64,000 nucleotides of DNA. It comes from Octopus sinensis (taxonomy: Eukaryota). The DNA lies in the NCBI RefSeq assembly GCF_006345805.1, contig NC_042998.1, positions 104,408,001 through 104,472,000 on the forward strand, read 5' to 3'. The notes under the pieces were generated by a model. The model saw only the letters and a list, made by a program, of their open reading frames with translations, did not search any database and had not been told where the DNA came from. Below are positions 36,085 through 49,981 of this stretch, one piece after another; the stretch's first letter is position 1; each line of letters starts with the position of its first letter. Made by a program: the position numbers and the translations under genes.

Positions 36085-38165
36085 CAAAAACAAAATTGCT
36101 CCCCAACTGCAGCCCCACCCACATGGCAAAAAAACTACTTGTCAGTTGCATGCCAGAACTTAATGTATAAAATATATACAGCATATTTACCCCTGTTCCT
36201 CCAGGACCATTGTGAAACCAATAACATCACAGCAGAACAACCAGCTGGGAAGAAGGTAAGCTGGGGATATGCCGAGCAATTGTTAAAAATACAAAACTGT
36301 GATTTCAAAGGTGCGAGAGCATAGGAGGAACCTAGTTTCAATCTGGCTAGACTAAAAGAAAACCTTTGACTCTGTCCCCCTCTCATGGGTGCTAGACGCC
36401 CTTCAGCTTGCTAAAGTTTCAGTGAGCATACTCAGAGCCATATCTGACCTGACTTCATCATTGGCCACCATCTTGAAATTAAACACAAAGAGTGACTGGA
36501 TTATCACTAATGAAATACATTATCGCAAAGGCATATTCCAGTGGTACAGCCTCTCTGTGATGTTGTTTATACTTTCTGTAAATCTCTTGTCATTCATGTT
36601 AAGGAAGTCTGAAGGATATCTCACAGGTTCACAAGGAAACAGAAATACCAAAATTACACATTGTTTCTTTGTGGATGACTTGAAAATTTATGCAAAGAAT
36701 ATGCATGAGATGAAAAAGTACCCTGACCTGGTTACCTCATTCTGAAAGGATGTAGGTTTGGCGTTTGGTCAGGATAAATGTTGTGTGAAAAGGGGAACAC
36801 TATAAACCAGGCTAGTATATCTGACGAGGAATGTTACAGGTATCTAGGGGTGGGTGAAAACATATCTTGCAATCGTACCTGTAACATAACACGTGCCACT
36901 AAAGAATATTACAGCCGATTAAAGAAAATTTGAACCTCAAAATTCTCTGCATTCAATAAAACAGTTGCCCAAAATGTGTTTGAAGTGCCATTACACATAC
37001 CAACATTTGGGCTGCTTGATTGGAAGCTTAATGAGATCCGAGCGATTGATGTGAAAACCCGGAAAATACTAAGAAGCACACATAATTTTCACATAAACAG
37101 TGACGTAGACCGCCTCTAGCTAAAACGCAAACAAGGTGGCAGAGGCTTAACGTCGATCCGAAATGCCTTTGAATGACATATCATATCTTTCTGGCAACAT
37201 CTTTTAACAGCCATGTCTCAAAGTGTTTCCCTTGACCAAGTTTGCATACACGAGGCTGATAATATCATAAGACTTGGAAAGCAGCTCTTTGAGCAATATT
37301 CTTTGGTAACCTAGAATACACGCCCAAAGAAGTCGCACGAATCTACCGCAACGTATCATAAGAAAATGAGAAGTATATATGAGCAGAAATCTATCTTTGC
37401 ATGGATATGTTAGTGGACAGCTTCGAGATAATGGTAACATCGATCGTCAAAGCAGTTTATCATGGACCAATAGCGGGATTGCTATCTCCCACTTTGAAGG
37501 GTATGCGTTTGCAATACAAGGACAGGAAATATCAACCGAGTACCTGATGCACAAAAAGGATAGAGATTCAAGAAAAATCGTGTAAAATGTGATAACCGAT
37601 GCAGACTTTGTGGAGTTAACACCGACGATACTACCCACATCATAAGCAGTTGTCCGAAAATGTCATCACAGTTATATTTACTGATGAAACATGATGTTGT
37701 AGCTAGGACACTATAAAGAGATCTGTCGGAAGAATGTGCCAGTGAAAACCTCAGTAAAATGTAAGCACAACAGACCTGATATAATGATTTGGGATAGAGT
37801 AGAAATACTGTGCACAGTTGCGGAAATTAGCTACCCAGCGTATGTTAACACAAAGCTGAATATCAGTGAAAAAGAGAATACCTACGCTGAACTATTGAGA
37901 AATCTGCAGTTACTCTATCCAGATTACAAGTTCAGGTTTATACCTGTAATTATTGGGTCACTGGGATATGTAACACACTGCCTAAATAACAGTCTTGAGA
38001 AATTAGGCTTCTCAAAACCAGAAAGGAGAAAGCTGATTCGAAGACTACAGATCCAATCCATTACTGGAACTGTAAAAATCTGTAAAACTTTCCAGAAGTT
38101 TATCAGTTAAATATACATGAGCGTGTCTAGATATGCAACTATATGCATGAGAATACATACATAAA
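36085..38165 (+). mobile_element. 5'-truncated, decayed R4-clade RLE LINE (RT, CCHC and RLE)
   Basis: CQNLMYKIYT...GKKVSWGYAEQLL, KGIFQWYSLS..LF, FFVDDLKIYAK, CRLCGVNTDDTTHIISSC (37600), RPDIMIWD..EISYP. ORF ends 38110; the 3' end reads GAGAATACATACATAAAG. Confidence 0.92.
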
Positions 38166-40666
38166 GCATATAGTTCTTTAGGTGCGCATTGTTTTTATAT
38201 TACTCACTTCCAATGTATTAAAACTTCCTTATAGACACAATGTGCAAAATTTTTCGGAAGATTTGGTTGCTATTTCTGGACGATTGAGTGGTAGCGTAAA
38301 AAGCTCTTGTCGGCTCAGCAACTCGTGTGTGAAATATGTAGTTGAAAGAGATGCAGGTTGGGCATAATGAGAACTCATTTTACTACCGTAACAGAATGTT
38401 GTTTCTGACAAAGACATAGGATACCGAAAGTTCAAAATGACCCCAACAATCGATATCAAAACTAACATATAGTCAACATTATGTATGTGTGTGTGTGTAT
38501 GTCATTATAATCTTGATTCTATTTTTGATTGCTTTTCCTATTCTTCTCGTTATTTCCCTTACCTTTTTACCCAACATAAATGTCCGCTTAGTTGTTTAAT
38601 ACGATATATTGCAAAATAACTTAAATATTTATCACATTTTACCATTTGAATAGTTTATTTAATTTACCACAATCTCCCATCAATACGTTTACATACCGCT
38701 GTAATCTTTTGACATAAGCAACCTTTATTTAGGGTATGTATAGTCCTAGTTTTTGCAGTTACTCATTTAAGTATAATTAGTGAATTCATGTAAATTTAAT
38801 TTCAACAGCTTACCTTACCAATATAATTAACATACATAACTATCCTTAATTAATCTACGTTTACCTGTAATAACTTGGTTTTACCCAAGAACTTGCGTCA
38901 CTTTTTACTCTACATCTATGTGGGTATATACCTCCATGCATCTGTGGCCTTTAGGGTCATTAGGACCTGCATATGCATACAGATCTCATCCAACAACTGG
39001 AAGTTTCTGAGCACCTCAACGTACTATATCATAAAAAATTATTACGAGTTAATTGTAAACATCCGAACTACTGTACTTGGCCGAGACCGTTGTAGAAGCT
39101 ATCTCATATTTTGTGGCACCAGCCTGTGGGTAGATGTGTGGAGCATTAACTAGGCTTGCTGCTCGTTTCATCTTCGTTCTTAAAGTCACGGTATATATTG
39201 CAATATACATAATCCTTGTTGATGGAAACTACATCACTGCATACTACGGTCAAGGCTTCTTTTACTTCCATTTATAAGGGTACATCGAAAGCCTCTCTAG
39301 AGATCTGTAACTTTCACCTTTTCTTGAAGTTTTAAGAATGCTTGACATAGAACAGATAATTGCTCCATGTTAAAAACGAGAGAAGTTCCCAGGGTGAAGG
39401 AATGTTACAATCCTATCACTCTTGCTGTTGAGCTCGAGGGCCCTGTTTTCATCGGCGACAGGATGCAGGATTTGAACATAGAATGCGGGAGCAACACACA
39501 CACACACGCACACACACAAGTGAGCGGACAAACAAAGAATAAAAGGTATTCATCAAATTTAGCCGAAGTTACATGCATTATTTAAAAGCCGTTGGATCCG
39601 ACTCTATGCGATTTAAAGTTTCGCAGGCCTCTAGCAGAAACCTGTCTCATTCAGGTTTAGATTACTGAGTGAAACAGGCTTCTGGTTGGAGCCCTCAAAA
39701 CTTTAAGTGGCATGGAACCGAATCAAATGGTTATATGTGTGTGTGTGTGTGTTTGTTTGTGTGTGTATGCATATATGTATATTTATATATATATATATAT
39801 ATATGCATGCATGTACATATACATATATACGTATATATGTATATTATATATACTGTTTAAATAATATAATACATATGTATGCATGTATATATAGCAACAT
39901 ATAGTGGCCATAATGTGTATTGTAATGTGTTTGTGTATCTATGTAGATGTGTATATATATATGTGTGTGTGTGTGCGTGTGTGTATACACTTATAAACAT
40001 AACTGTATTTATACACACGCACACTCCCTCTCCCTCTCCCCCATCTCTCCCTGTCTTCCTCTCATTCTCTCTCTCTCTCTCTCTCTCTCTATGTTATGGC
40101 AACTCAGGTAACCCATCCAAGTGTGAACTTAATCCCTTTCACGGTAGAAAAACCTTCAAAGTAAACGGAATCAAAATCTTGCACATGATGTAGTCGAATG
40201 CTGGACTATTCAACAGAATCTGGTTAATGTGTTAATATGGAAATGGGTGAGTGAATCTTTAGTGAAAAGAAGAAAAAAGAATCCTTTGCTCTTGTTGTTG
40301 GTTCGAGAGAAAGGTGAGTAAAATCTGATAGCATTAGCGAATGTTATCAGAAGGACGAGCAGGACAATGATGACGATGGCGATGATGATGATGACAATGA
40401 CGACGACGACGATGACGACGACGATGATGATGATGATGATAAAATACATAAATAAGTAAGCTAAAAAAAAAGTGAGCGCAATAGAAGCAATGTCAAGGGT
40501 CAGAGAAACTGTATTCAGAAGCAGCCACGCTAAACTGACTAATTATGGGCGAAAATTATTAGTATGTCTAACGTTGTATTTAAAGACAAACGCGCCTGGG
40601 TACCATCGTTTCATAGCTACGGGAACAAAGAGATTATATCCGTTCCTTTTCTCGACATAAATAAGT

Positions 40667-40713
<47 letters not shown>

Positions 40714-40719
40714 ACACAT

Positions 40720-40768
<49 letters not shown>

Positions 40769-41883
40769 AACATACACACACATTGACCAGTTTAAACAAA
40801 CGTACTTGATTTACCTTTGTCGAGGCTGCGTTTTCCCCGAGATTTCATGCACCCAAGTTATTTTTTTTTATATTTATCTATTTATATTTATTTATATTTA
40901 TTTATTTTCTGCTTTATAAGGTGCTTAAGATGCTCAACTGGGTGTGAAGAAAAGGGTTGGAGAAAAGGGTTATGCAGTGTTTTTGTTTTTAATTGTGTTT
41001 TTGTTCGAATTTTTTTCTTTGTTTCCCCTGATAGTTTTCTTCCATTTGATTTTGTTTTTAAAGCTTGGCTTAGCTTTAGATATCTGTAAACCGAGCTACT
41101 GCTGAATATATGAAGGGTTCTAATCACAGGGTAGCTAATGCAAGGACCACAATACAACAAAGTTTACTCGCCAGTAGCAATAACAATAACTATACCGATA
41201 GCAACATTATCAACAGCCTAAATAACAACAACAGCTACAAAACCAACAAATAAAACAACAGCAAGCATCAGAGGCATGTAGGAGATGGAAATGGTGATGG
41301 TGGCAGCGGCGGTGGTGGTGATGATGGCGGTGGCGGTTGCGATGGTGATGGTGCTTGTGTATACCACTCCAATGTCCTTAGATGACTAAGACGTTATCGG
41401 AGCGGTTAGAAGTTAATTGTACGCGAAACAACAGGGTCTTAAACATCCCTAATAAGCACCGGAAGCCCGCGTTAGGTACAAATTGATCACTCATTCATTC
41501 TCTAATTCAGTCAGTTATTCTTCCCCTCACTCACTCAGCTCATTCCCCACCCATTAATTCACTCATTCAAACTCGATTTCTTTTTATCTATTTCACTTTA
41601 CTCTTTTCTTCTTTACACTTACCTTATCTCTTCGCTGACGTACATGATTGAGCTAATATTTATGGTAAGAAGCCGGGAAGCTCGGAATTTAAAGTGATTC
41701 AGTATATGTAATATATTGGCACCTGTGTGACAGCGTTACGTTTTTAATCATTATTATTATTATTTCAAAACCCACCGATGTCGAATTTGCCTTTCAACAT
41801 TTCAGAGTCTATAAAATAAGTACCAGTAGAACATTAGTGTCCATGTAATCGACTTTCTGCCAACCTGTGCTACAATTTGAAAC

Positions 41884-41944
<61 letters not shown>

Positions 41945-42500
41945 GAGTGAGAGAGCAGTGCATGCCATCAAAGTGACACTGGGGTAAAATATACGAAGCC
42001 CAGCATACCCATCATGACTACCTGTCTGATAAGGGTACACTAGGCACATGCATCACAACCATATGTGCGCAACATGGTGATCTCATATCAAGATAAACAG
42101 CACATGACCTTGCTGGTGGGGCCCAGTTAGAATTTTCTTCTTGTCGAGTAACCCATCCCGCTGAAAAGGTCCCTGAATAAGGGTTGTTTAAGGATGTTGA
42201 ACGAAAAACCCATGTTTCCAGAGGTGAATTATTCAAACCCCAAAGAATCCCTCTCAACACATGGCTATGATGCTCCCCCACTACTTCTTCTCGTGATTAG
42301 AGATGCACATATCGTCAGCCACTAAGGGACATGGTCAACTAGTTATGGTCAAACAACTAACAAGCAAATCTGTGGTATTGAGCAGAATATTTGCTGTAGC
42401 TCATCTTTTATACCAATACAAAACAATGTACATGATAACACTTCCAATCAGTAAAGATCAGAAACCACGAGAGCCACTGTCTGGTACTGCCTCAGGGCAT
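41945..42500. mobile_element. ~555-bp non-coding insert flanked by (ATT)n/(AAT)n
   Basis: Complex sequence bounded by (ATT)n at 41886-41944 and an AAT/ATT tract from ~42500; no recognisable ORF. Confidence 0.45.
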
Positions 42501-42546
42501 TTACTATTATTGTTGTTATAATAATAATAATAATAATAATATAATA

Positions 42547-42612
<66 letters not shown>

Positions 42613-42624
42613 TATTATTATATT

Positions 42625-43385
42625 TCAAATCCCACCGAGGTTGACTTTGCCCTTCATCCGTTCGGGGTCACTGTAATCAAGTAGCACCTTACCCAAAATT
42701 TCGGACCGTGTACCTATAGTAGAAGGAGATATTAGAGACGTTAGCACGCTTACGTTCTGAGTTCAAATTCTACCGAGGTCTACTTTGCCTCTCATCTTTT
42801 CGGAGCTCGATGAAATAAATACCAGTAAAATATTGGGGAGATAAATGTAATCAACTAACTCCTTCCCCAAAATTTTATGCCCTGTGCCTATAGAGGAAAG
42901 TGTTATTATTATTGCTGTTGTTGAAAACAGTGAGATGGCAGAATCGTTAGTGCACCGGACAAACTGGTTAGTGGTATTTCTTGCAGCTCTTTACATTTGA
43001 GCTCAAATACTGCTGAGGTCGACTTTGTTTCATCTTTTGACAGACGGTGGAGTAAGTTTGGGAATCGATGAAATAAGACCAATGGCGTCGATGTTACCGA
43101 CTAGAACCTTCTCCAATATTTCAGACCTTGTAAGGCGGCGAGCTAGCAGAAACGTTAGTACGCCGGCCGAAATGCTTAGCAGTGTTTCGTTTGTCTTTAC
43201 ATTATGAGTTCAAATTCCTCCGAGGTCAACTTTGCATTTCATCCTTTCGGGGGTCGATAAATTAAGTACTAGTTGCGTACTGGGATCAATCTAATTGACT
43301 AGCCCCCTCCCCAAAAATTTCGGGCCTTGTGCCTAGAGTAGACAGGAATATTTCGGACCTTGTGCCTGTAGCAGAAAGAATAATC
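42625..43385 (+). mobile_element. Cluster of SINE family A copies
   Basis: Four recurrences of CGAGGTYRACTTTG...TTTCGG; best copy at 43131-43340 starting AAGGCGGCGAGCTAGCAGAAACG. Confidence 0.85.
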
Positions 43386-44419
43386 ATTATTATTCTAGCT
43401 AGTTAAACAGAAGCAAAGCCCATGCCCTTTACAAGCCCTCTAAGGCCGTTGTGATTGATACTATTAATCTCCCACTTTATAACAAGTGAATGAAACGTGT
43501 GCGTACATACTGAATTCAAGAAAGTCTAAGAAAAAAGAACTGAGCATAGAGTATAATGTAGAGGCGTGGTAGTGGTGGTAGACACATCATAGATGATGAC
43601 AGGAGAAGAAACGAATGAGCCGGGAGCATCTAAGTGGAGTTGGTTCGAAATCAAACAACTTCGAAGACCAGACACTATTTTGGTATAGGCCAATGGTGAT
43701 GGCACTTAAAAGAAAAATGAGACATATTTCGAACCAACGACAAGTGTGCTGTGCTGTCAAAATTTTCTTCAGATTAAATAATGCAATCTTGGTATGAAAA
43801 AAAAGCTATGTTCTAGAACAATTAGTAACGTGTCCCCAAAGAAAAATTTAATAGACTTCACTAACTTACTCCAACTTGCAGAAAAACTACACAAAATATG
43901 CAAATGGGTGCCAGGTAAAGGTTTTTTAAGGATATTTTACTTTAATAAATCCTGTTAAACTTTCCAGCTTTTTCGGAATGGTAAATTGTTTCATTGTTCG
44001 TCCCAGCGTCAGAATATCCAAATGTCCCGAACATCATCGTCGTCGTAGACGTTCTCTGTCCGTGTCTGGCTGTCTATCTTTCTGTTTGTCTCTCTGTCAC
44101 TTTCTCTCTCTCTCTCTCTCTCTCTCACTTTCTTTTTTCATTCTCTTTCTTTCTCTCCTTTTCTGTCCCCTCTCTTTCTTTACAGTTATACACTAATTGT
44201 GAGCTGTCTGATGATTGGTATGTTAACATTCGATAATTTTATACTATATTAAATGTTGTATCCAATGAGATAGTGCAGAAAGACGACTTTTAAAGATGAT
44301 CGACACAAATTATTTGAATATACTGATAAATTTCTCAATAATATAAATAATATAAATACCGATTGGGCACTTTAATGAAGATTGAAGGGAAAATGATAAG
44401 ATAAGCATGCCCCCCCCCC

Positions 44420-44690
44420 CACAAGAGGATCCTTTCGAGGTCCGTGGTCATGAAAGCAGTGTAGATTTCGCATGTGATGTCCAGGTTTCTTGTGGATGAC
44501 GTATAGTTGAGGAAGGCGGTTATGGAAGAATGAGATGCTGTATCAGCTACGTCTGAATGAAGATTAATGGGAGTGACTGCGTGTGGGTCATTGATATACA
44601 GATAGAGGGCTATGGGGATTACTACTGAAGATTGGGCATGCTAGAGTTGATTGAGGGTGAGACGGAGACAGCTCTGTCAATATACACCAC
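44420..44690 (-). pseudogene. Decayed CR1/Jockey-group reverse transcriptase fragment
   Basis: Minus frame VYIDRAVSVSPSINSSMP..(PQGS-like)..LYLYINDPHAVTPINLHSDVADT...TDLERIL resembles VPQGS.LSP.LF..YIND...YADD. Confidence 0.6.
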
Positions 44691-44924
44691 CGTGGTAATA
44701 TTTGATCAACAAATTACAATTTTGAAATCAGTCCTGTGAAGTACTGAGTTGGTCAAACGTGCCCCTCTTTGTGTTTCTTGCAGCGATGTGGGGCCATTTA
44801 GTATCTCAGATACGAAATCGTCTGCATGTTCTTTCAACACATCCACAGATTCTTCTCGTAGAACTCTAATGAACCCAGCCCCAAACACACATATGGATAT
44901 GTACACATACATACATACGTAGGA

Positions 44925-44985
44925 ATGTGTACATGTATGTATGTATGTATGTATGTATGTATTTATGTATGTATGTATGTATGTA

Positions 44986-45016
<31 letters not shown>

Positions 45017-45177
45017 ATGTTTCTATGTATGTGTGTATGTATGTATGTATGTGTGTGTGTATGTATGTATGTATGTATGCATGTATGTATGTATGTATGC
45101 ATGCATGTATGTATGTATGTATGTATGTATGTATGTATGTATGTACGTATGTATGTATGTATGTATGTATGTATGTA
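44925..45177. repeat. (TATG)n/(TG)n compound microsatellite
   Basis: Direct reading. Confidence 0.95.
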
Positions 45178-45254
45178 GTCAATTCAAAGAACAAACAATT
45201 AAAAACAGAGAACAAAAGAGAAAAATGAACGAGACGCTCGGTAAAATGGGAGAG

Positions 45255-45290
45255 TAGTTAACGTTTCGAGCATAGCTCTTCGTCAAAAAG
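45255..45290 (-). ncRNA. Degenerate minimal hammerhead (related to the 22720 family)
   Basis: Minus strand TT-TTGACGA-A-GAG ctatg CTC-GAAACGTT-AA; C3U change and only 2 bp of helix I. Confidence 0.45.
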
Positions 45291-45495
45291 TGAAAAGTCC
45301 AAAGAGGAAGGAGTTTTGAGTTAATTATTTGTTTAAATTTTACTTCATCGCTTGGTTCAGTCAACGATTTTGACAAGGCGACGAATCAAAATTTCAAAGT
45401 CCCAGTCAAATGTTGATTATTATCAAATTTGAATCAACTAAGTGCATAGGTGCCAATGGAAGTATTGATTTCTTTTTTTGTCGTTAAATACCACA

Positions 45496-45539
<44 letters not shown>

Positions 45540-45714
45540 CACAAACATACACACATACTAACACACACTCACACTCACACACATACACGCACGTAAAAAT
45601 GTAATAGCACAACTGTTTTTAGAAAACGCAGGTTTATAACACGCATCGGCACGAACAACAAAACGCATATATACTTACCCACTCACACATACACAAGCAC
45701 ATACATGTATATAA

Positions 45715-45753
<39 letters not shown>

Positions 45754-45790
45754 CGCACACACACACAAACGATGAGTATATCAGTAACTA

Positions 45791-46010
45791 CGGCGGCGAG
45801 CTGGCAGAAACATTAACGCGCCGGGAAATGCTTAGCGGTATTTCGTTTGCCATTACGTTCTGAGTCCAAAATCCGCCGAGGTCGACTTTGACTTTCATCC
45901 TTTCGGGGTTGATTAAATAAGTACCAGTTACGCACTGGGATAGATGTAATCGACTTAATCCCTTTGTTTGTCCCCTATATGTTTATCCACCTGTAGGCAA
46001 TAAAAAATAT
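45791..46010 (+). mobile_element. SINE family A monomer
   Basis: CGGCGGCGAGCTGGCAGAAAC head and GAGTCCAAAATCCGCCGAGGTCGAC body. Confidence 0.9.
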
Positions 46011-46100
46011 ATATATATATCAGTAACTGTGTGAACATGCAATGTGTTCCTGTGTCTGTGATTTAGGAGTGTGTGTGTGTATGTGTGTGTATGTGTGTGT

Positions 46101-46149
<49 letters not shown>

Positions 46150-46686
46150 CGGTGAGGGTCTCTGTATGTGCGTATTTATATATGCGAGTGAATTTTATTC
46201 AGAAGAAGCGGTACTAGAAAAGTAGATTATTCTAGAGATGAGAAGGATGGAGAAAATGAGATACAGAGAAAAAGAATAGGTGAGTGCATATATGTGAATT
46301 TTTATATACACAAGTGTTTTAGTCTGCATACACACACTCGTATATATGCGCATACACACAGACATATAATTTATATAAACATTATATATATATATATATA
46401 TATATACAACTATTACATTTATATCTATAACTGTATGTGTATGAATATGTAAATATATATGTGCAAATCTTTCCTCGTCTAGGCCAAAAAAGGCCCTCAT
46501 TGTTTGTTTTCTTGGTTGTTTTTATTTCTTGTACTGTATTTTTTTGTAATTGTATTTTTAATTTGTAATTTTATTTGTATCGTTTTTACGTCCTGTTTTT
46601 GTCACATTTTTTTCTTTCCTTGTTTTTACCCCTCTGCAAAGGAATTTTATTCAATTCTTTCGCAGGAAGGGCTAGTTCGACGAGTC

Positions 46687-46747
46687 GTGTTCTGTCCTTA
46701 CCTTCGAAACACACATGGAGTCGTACTAGGGACAGCTGATGAAGGGG
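46687..46747 (+). ncRNA. Candidate non-circularly permuted hammerhead ribozyme
   Basis: Order GTGT-T / CTGTCCTTA / CCTTC-GAAACAC / TAGGGACAG-CTGATGA-AGGGG. Helix I is 9 bp, helix III 4 bp, helix II 4 bp with G-U pairs. Confidence 0.55.
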
Positions 46748-47018
46748 AATTTTCCTCGTGTTGTTTGTCTTGTACTCTGTTTTTTCGTTGTTAAAAAAAA
46801 GGTCCGTTTCCATGTTTGTTTTTATGTTTTCGTTTCTCGTTGAGTTCTACGTCTATTTGTGGTGTCCTGTACTCACGTATATATATTTATATATGCATGT
46901 ATATATACATGTAGATGTAGGTACGTACATATATGTATGTATATATGTATGCATATATTTTATTTATTACGCTATTGTATGACTGAGCGCCCTCGCGTCG
47001 TTTCGTTTCTCCAAGTAG

Positions 47019-47122
<104 letters not shown>

Positions 47123-48204
47123 TTATGTATAGATATGTATGTATGTATATATCTATACATGTATGTATGTAAGTATGCATGTATGTATGTCTTTTGTTTT
47201 TTTTTGTGAATTCTCCCTATATATATACATACATACATACATATATTTATGTGTGTGTGTGAGTACGCATGATTGTATACGTATATAAAGAGAGGGTGTA
47301 AAAATTTCATCTTGGCACAACCCTTACAATATGGATGTTACGGTGGATTTCCTGCTGAGACAACAAACGGCCTATTCTGACCCCGACAACTCAAAGTAAG
47401 GATACGCTTGACCAGAAACGATGTCACCTTGACGGGGATAAGGGAGCGTTGACCATCAATCATAGACCCCTACAGCGTGTTCTGACTACCTTGCAGAAAA
47501 TACTCTTTATTAGTATGTTGTTGAGGTGGAGAAGGTTACCCAAACATCCCTCTCTTATTCTCCTTGATTCTCTCTTTTTCTGTCTCTCCCTCTCCCTGTG
47601 TGTGTGTTCACGCTTGTCCATATATAGTATATATATATATATATATATATATATCTATATATATATATATTATATATATATATCTGTATGATGTGCGTAT
47701 GTATGTAGTATGTATGTGTATATATACACATATATAACATACAATCATACATACATACAAACATAAATATATGTATATGTATATATATATATAATATATA
47801 ATATATATATATATATTATAGAGAGAAGATAGATATATTAGATAATAGCTAGCTAGCTAGATAGATAGATAGATACATGAATATACATACATGTATTTAT
47901 ATACACATGCATATATTTCTGTTGATACACATATTTCTTTCTATATTAATGCACATATAAGTCCATGTGTTTGATGTGATGTGTGTGTATGTGTGCGTGT
48001 TGTGTATCATATATATACATACACATATACACACACATATATATGCATGCGTGTGGGATATATAAATATATTTATACATATATACATGCACATACACAAA
48101 CATGTACAGACACAAGTGTAATGATACATGAATGTGTATATGATACGCACATATGTACATAGCCATGTACGTTTTTATACATACATACTTATATATATAT
48201 ATGT

Positions 48205-48241
<37 letters not shown>

Positions 48242-48724
48242 TGTGTATGTAGATATGCATATATAGACATATATAGCCATGCGTGTACGTGTGAGTATGC
48301 GTAGATTAATAGATAGATACAGATTATAGGGAGTCAAACATTAGTTTCTCAACGGAAATATTGATTAATCCTGTTGCATTCATTTAAACGTCCACAGCAG
48401 TGAAATTCACGCCACATTAAATATCAAGAGAACATTTTGGTATAAATATCGAGCCTGGTTTCGTTCTCTTGTGTTATATAGCAAATGTTTTCTCTGTCTC
48501 GTCTCTAAATGATTTAGACTGTAGCAAAATATGATATGACTTATCAAAAGGTAATAGTATTAAGCAGGCGATAAGCAAAGGCAGTATTATCACTGATGTG
48601 ACGAGAGATAAGCGGCATGCAGTGGAAAATTCTTCGAAACTAGTATGTGATTGCGACAAAAAATGTGAGCCGCGTTTTTGATAAGAAGACAATTATCCAA
48701 AGATCGATTATTGATCTTGGCTAC

Positions 48725-48940
48725 AATCATTTCTGCTATAGGCAAAGGCCTAAATTCTGGTGGGGTGGAGGCAAGTTGATTACTTCAACCCCAGTGCTCA
48801 ACTGGTACTTATTTTATCGACCACGAAAGGATGAACGGCAAAGTCAACCTCGGCGGAAATTGATCTCAGAACATAGCGACGGGCGAAATACCGCTAAGCA
48901 TTTCGTCATGCGTGCTAACGATTCTGCCAGCTCGCCGCCT
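48725..48940 (-). mobile_element. SINE family A
   Basis: Ends at GATTCTGCCAGCTCGCCGCC; body AAGTCAACCTCGGCGGAAATTG. Confidence 0.85.
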
Positions 48941-49279
48941 GGATCTTGGCTATAATAGCAAATCCGACCGATGAACGTTGAACCGTAAACGAATTGGCAA
49001 ATGAAACGATGACAAATATAGACAACGATAGCAATACACAAATGAACGACAGTTATAAACAATGGTGTAATAGATCAACAATGAGAACTGATGGAAAGAA
49101 AAGTCCCATACAAAATCATGAATAAGCCCAAATCTGTAGAAAACTTGTTGAGATAGAGGAATAAAAAAGTTTCTATTATTATGCAATAGCAATATCGCAA
49201 CAGCCACTGTCGGAAACCGATAATAAAATAATAGACAAGAATACAATATTAATCTCATGGGAACGAAATTCATGCTGCA

Positions 49280-49322
<43 letters not shown>

Positions 49323-49327
49323 ATATA

Positions 49328-49368
<41 letters not shown>

Positions 49369-49929
49369 TATATTAACATGTGTATGAATACGATTTTAAA
49401 CAGGTATATATATATATATATATATTATAGTATATATATATACAATATTAGAGATATATTTTACGGTGTTTAATCAGAGATAGTAGGGCAGCATCCATAA
49501 CTTTCTTTTAAAAAGCTATCCAAATTAGTTGAGAAACGGTGGATCCAAGAATTATGACTCATGATGAGTTATCCATTGTCCAAAGACGTTGTTAGAATAC
49601 TTACACCAGGCAGGATGTAGCAACAGGCCACCGAGTTCCAACTGCTGGAGTTAAAATGCAACTGATTGGGCTAACAACCAAGTGTATGGCTACTCTTTAT
49701 GTCAGAGTCCACGAAGAAGAATATATCGAAATCTCTCTTAAATCTTGATAAATGGAACAACATTGGAATATTTCATCTTATATACATTCTACAGAGAATG
49801 GTTACAGATCAAACTTTTTCGGTCACAGGTCTTTTCAGTTGGAGATGAAAAGAGCCTTAACAATGACACAATTATTACAGATAAATGATGAACGGGTATA
49901 TAAATATATTAATTATCACTATTTGTGCT

Positions 49930-49938
49930 GTTGATAAT

Positions 49939-49981
<43 letters not shown>

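Noticed and set aside
39600-39680. CTGAATGAG...CGAAAC on the minus strand
   Set aside because: The segment forms an alternative hairpin, and hammerhead helices I and III do not pair.
42420-42500. Possible HDV-like ribozyme at one end of the (ATT)n-flanked element
   Set aside because: P1 and P3 could not be built convincingly by hand.
48590-48650. CTGATG...GAAACTAGTA hammerhead-like words
   Set aside because: Helix I does not pair and stem II is not coherent.
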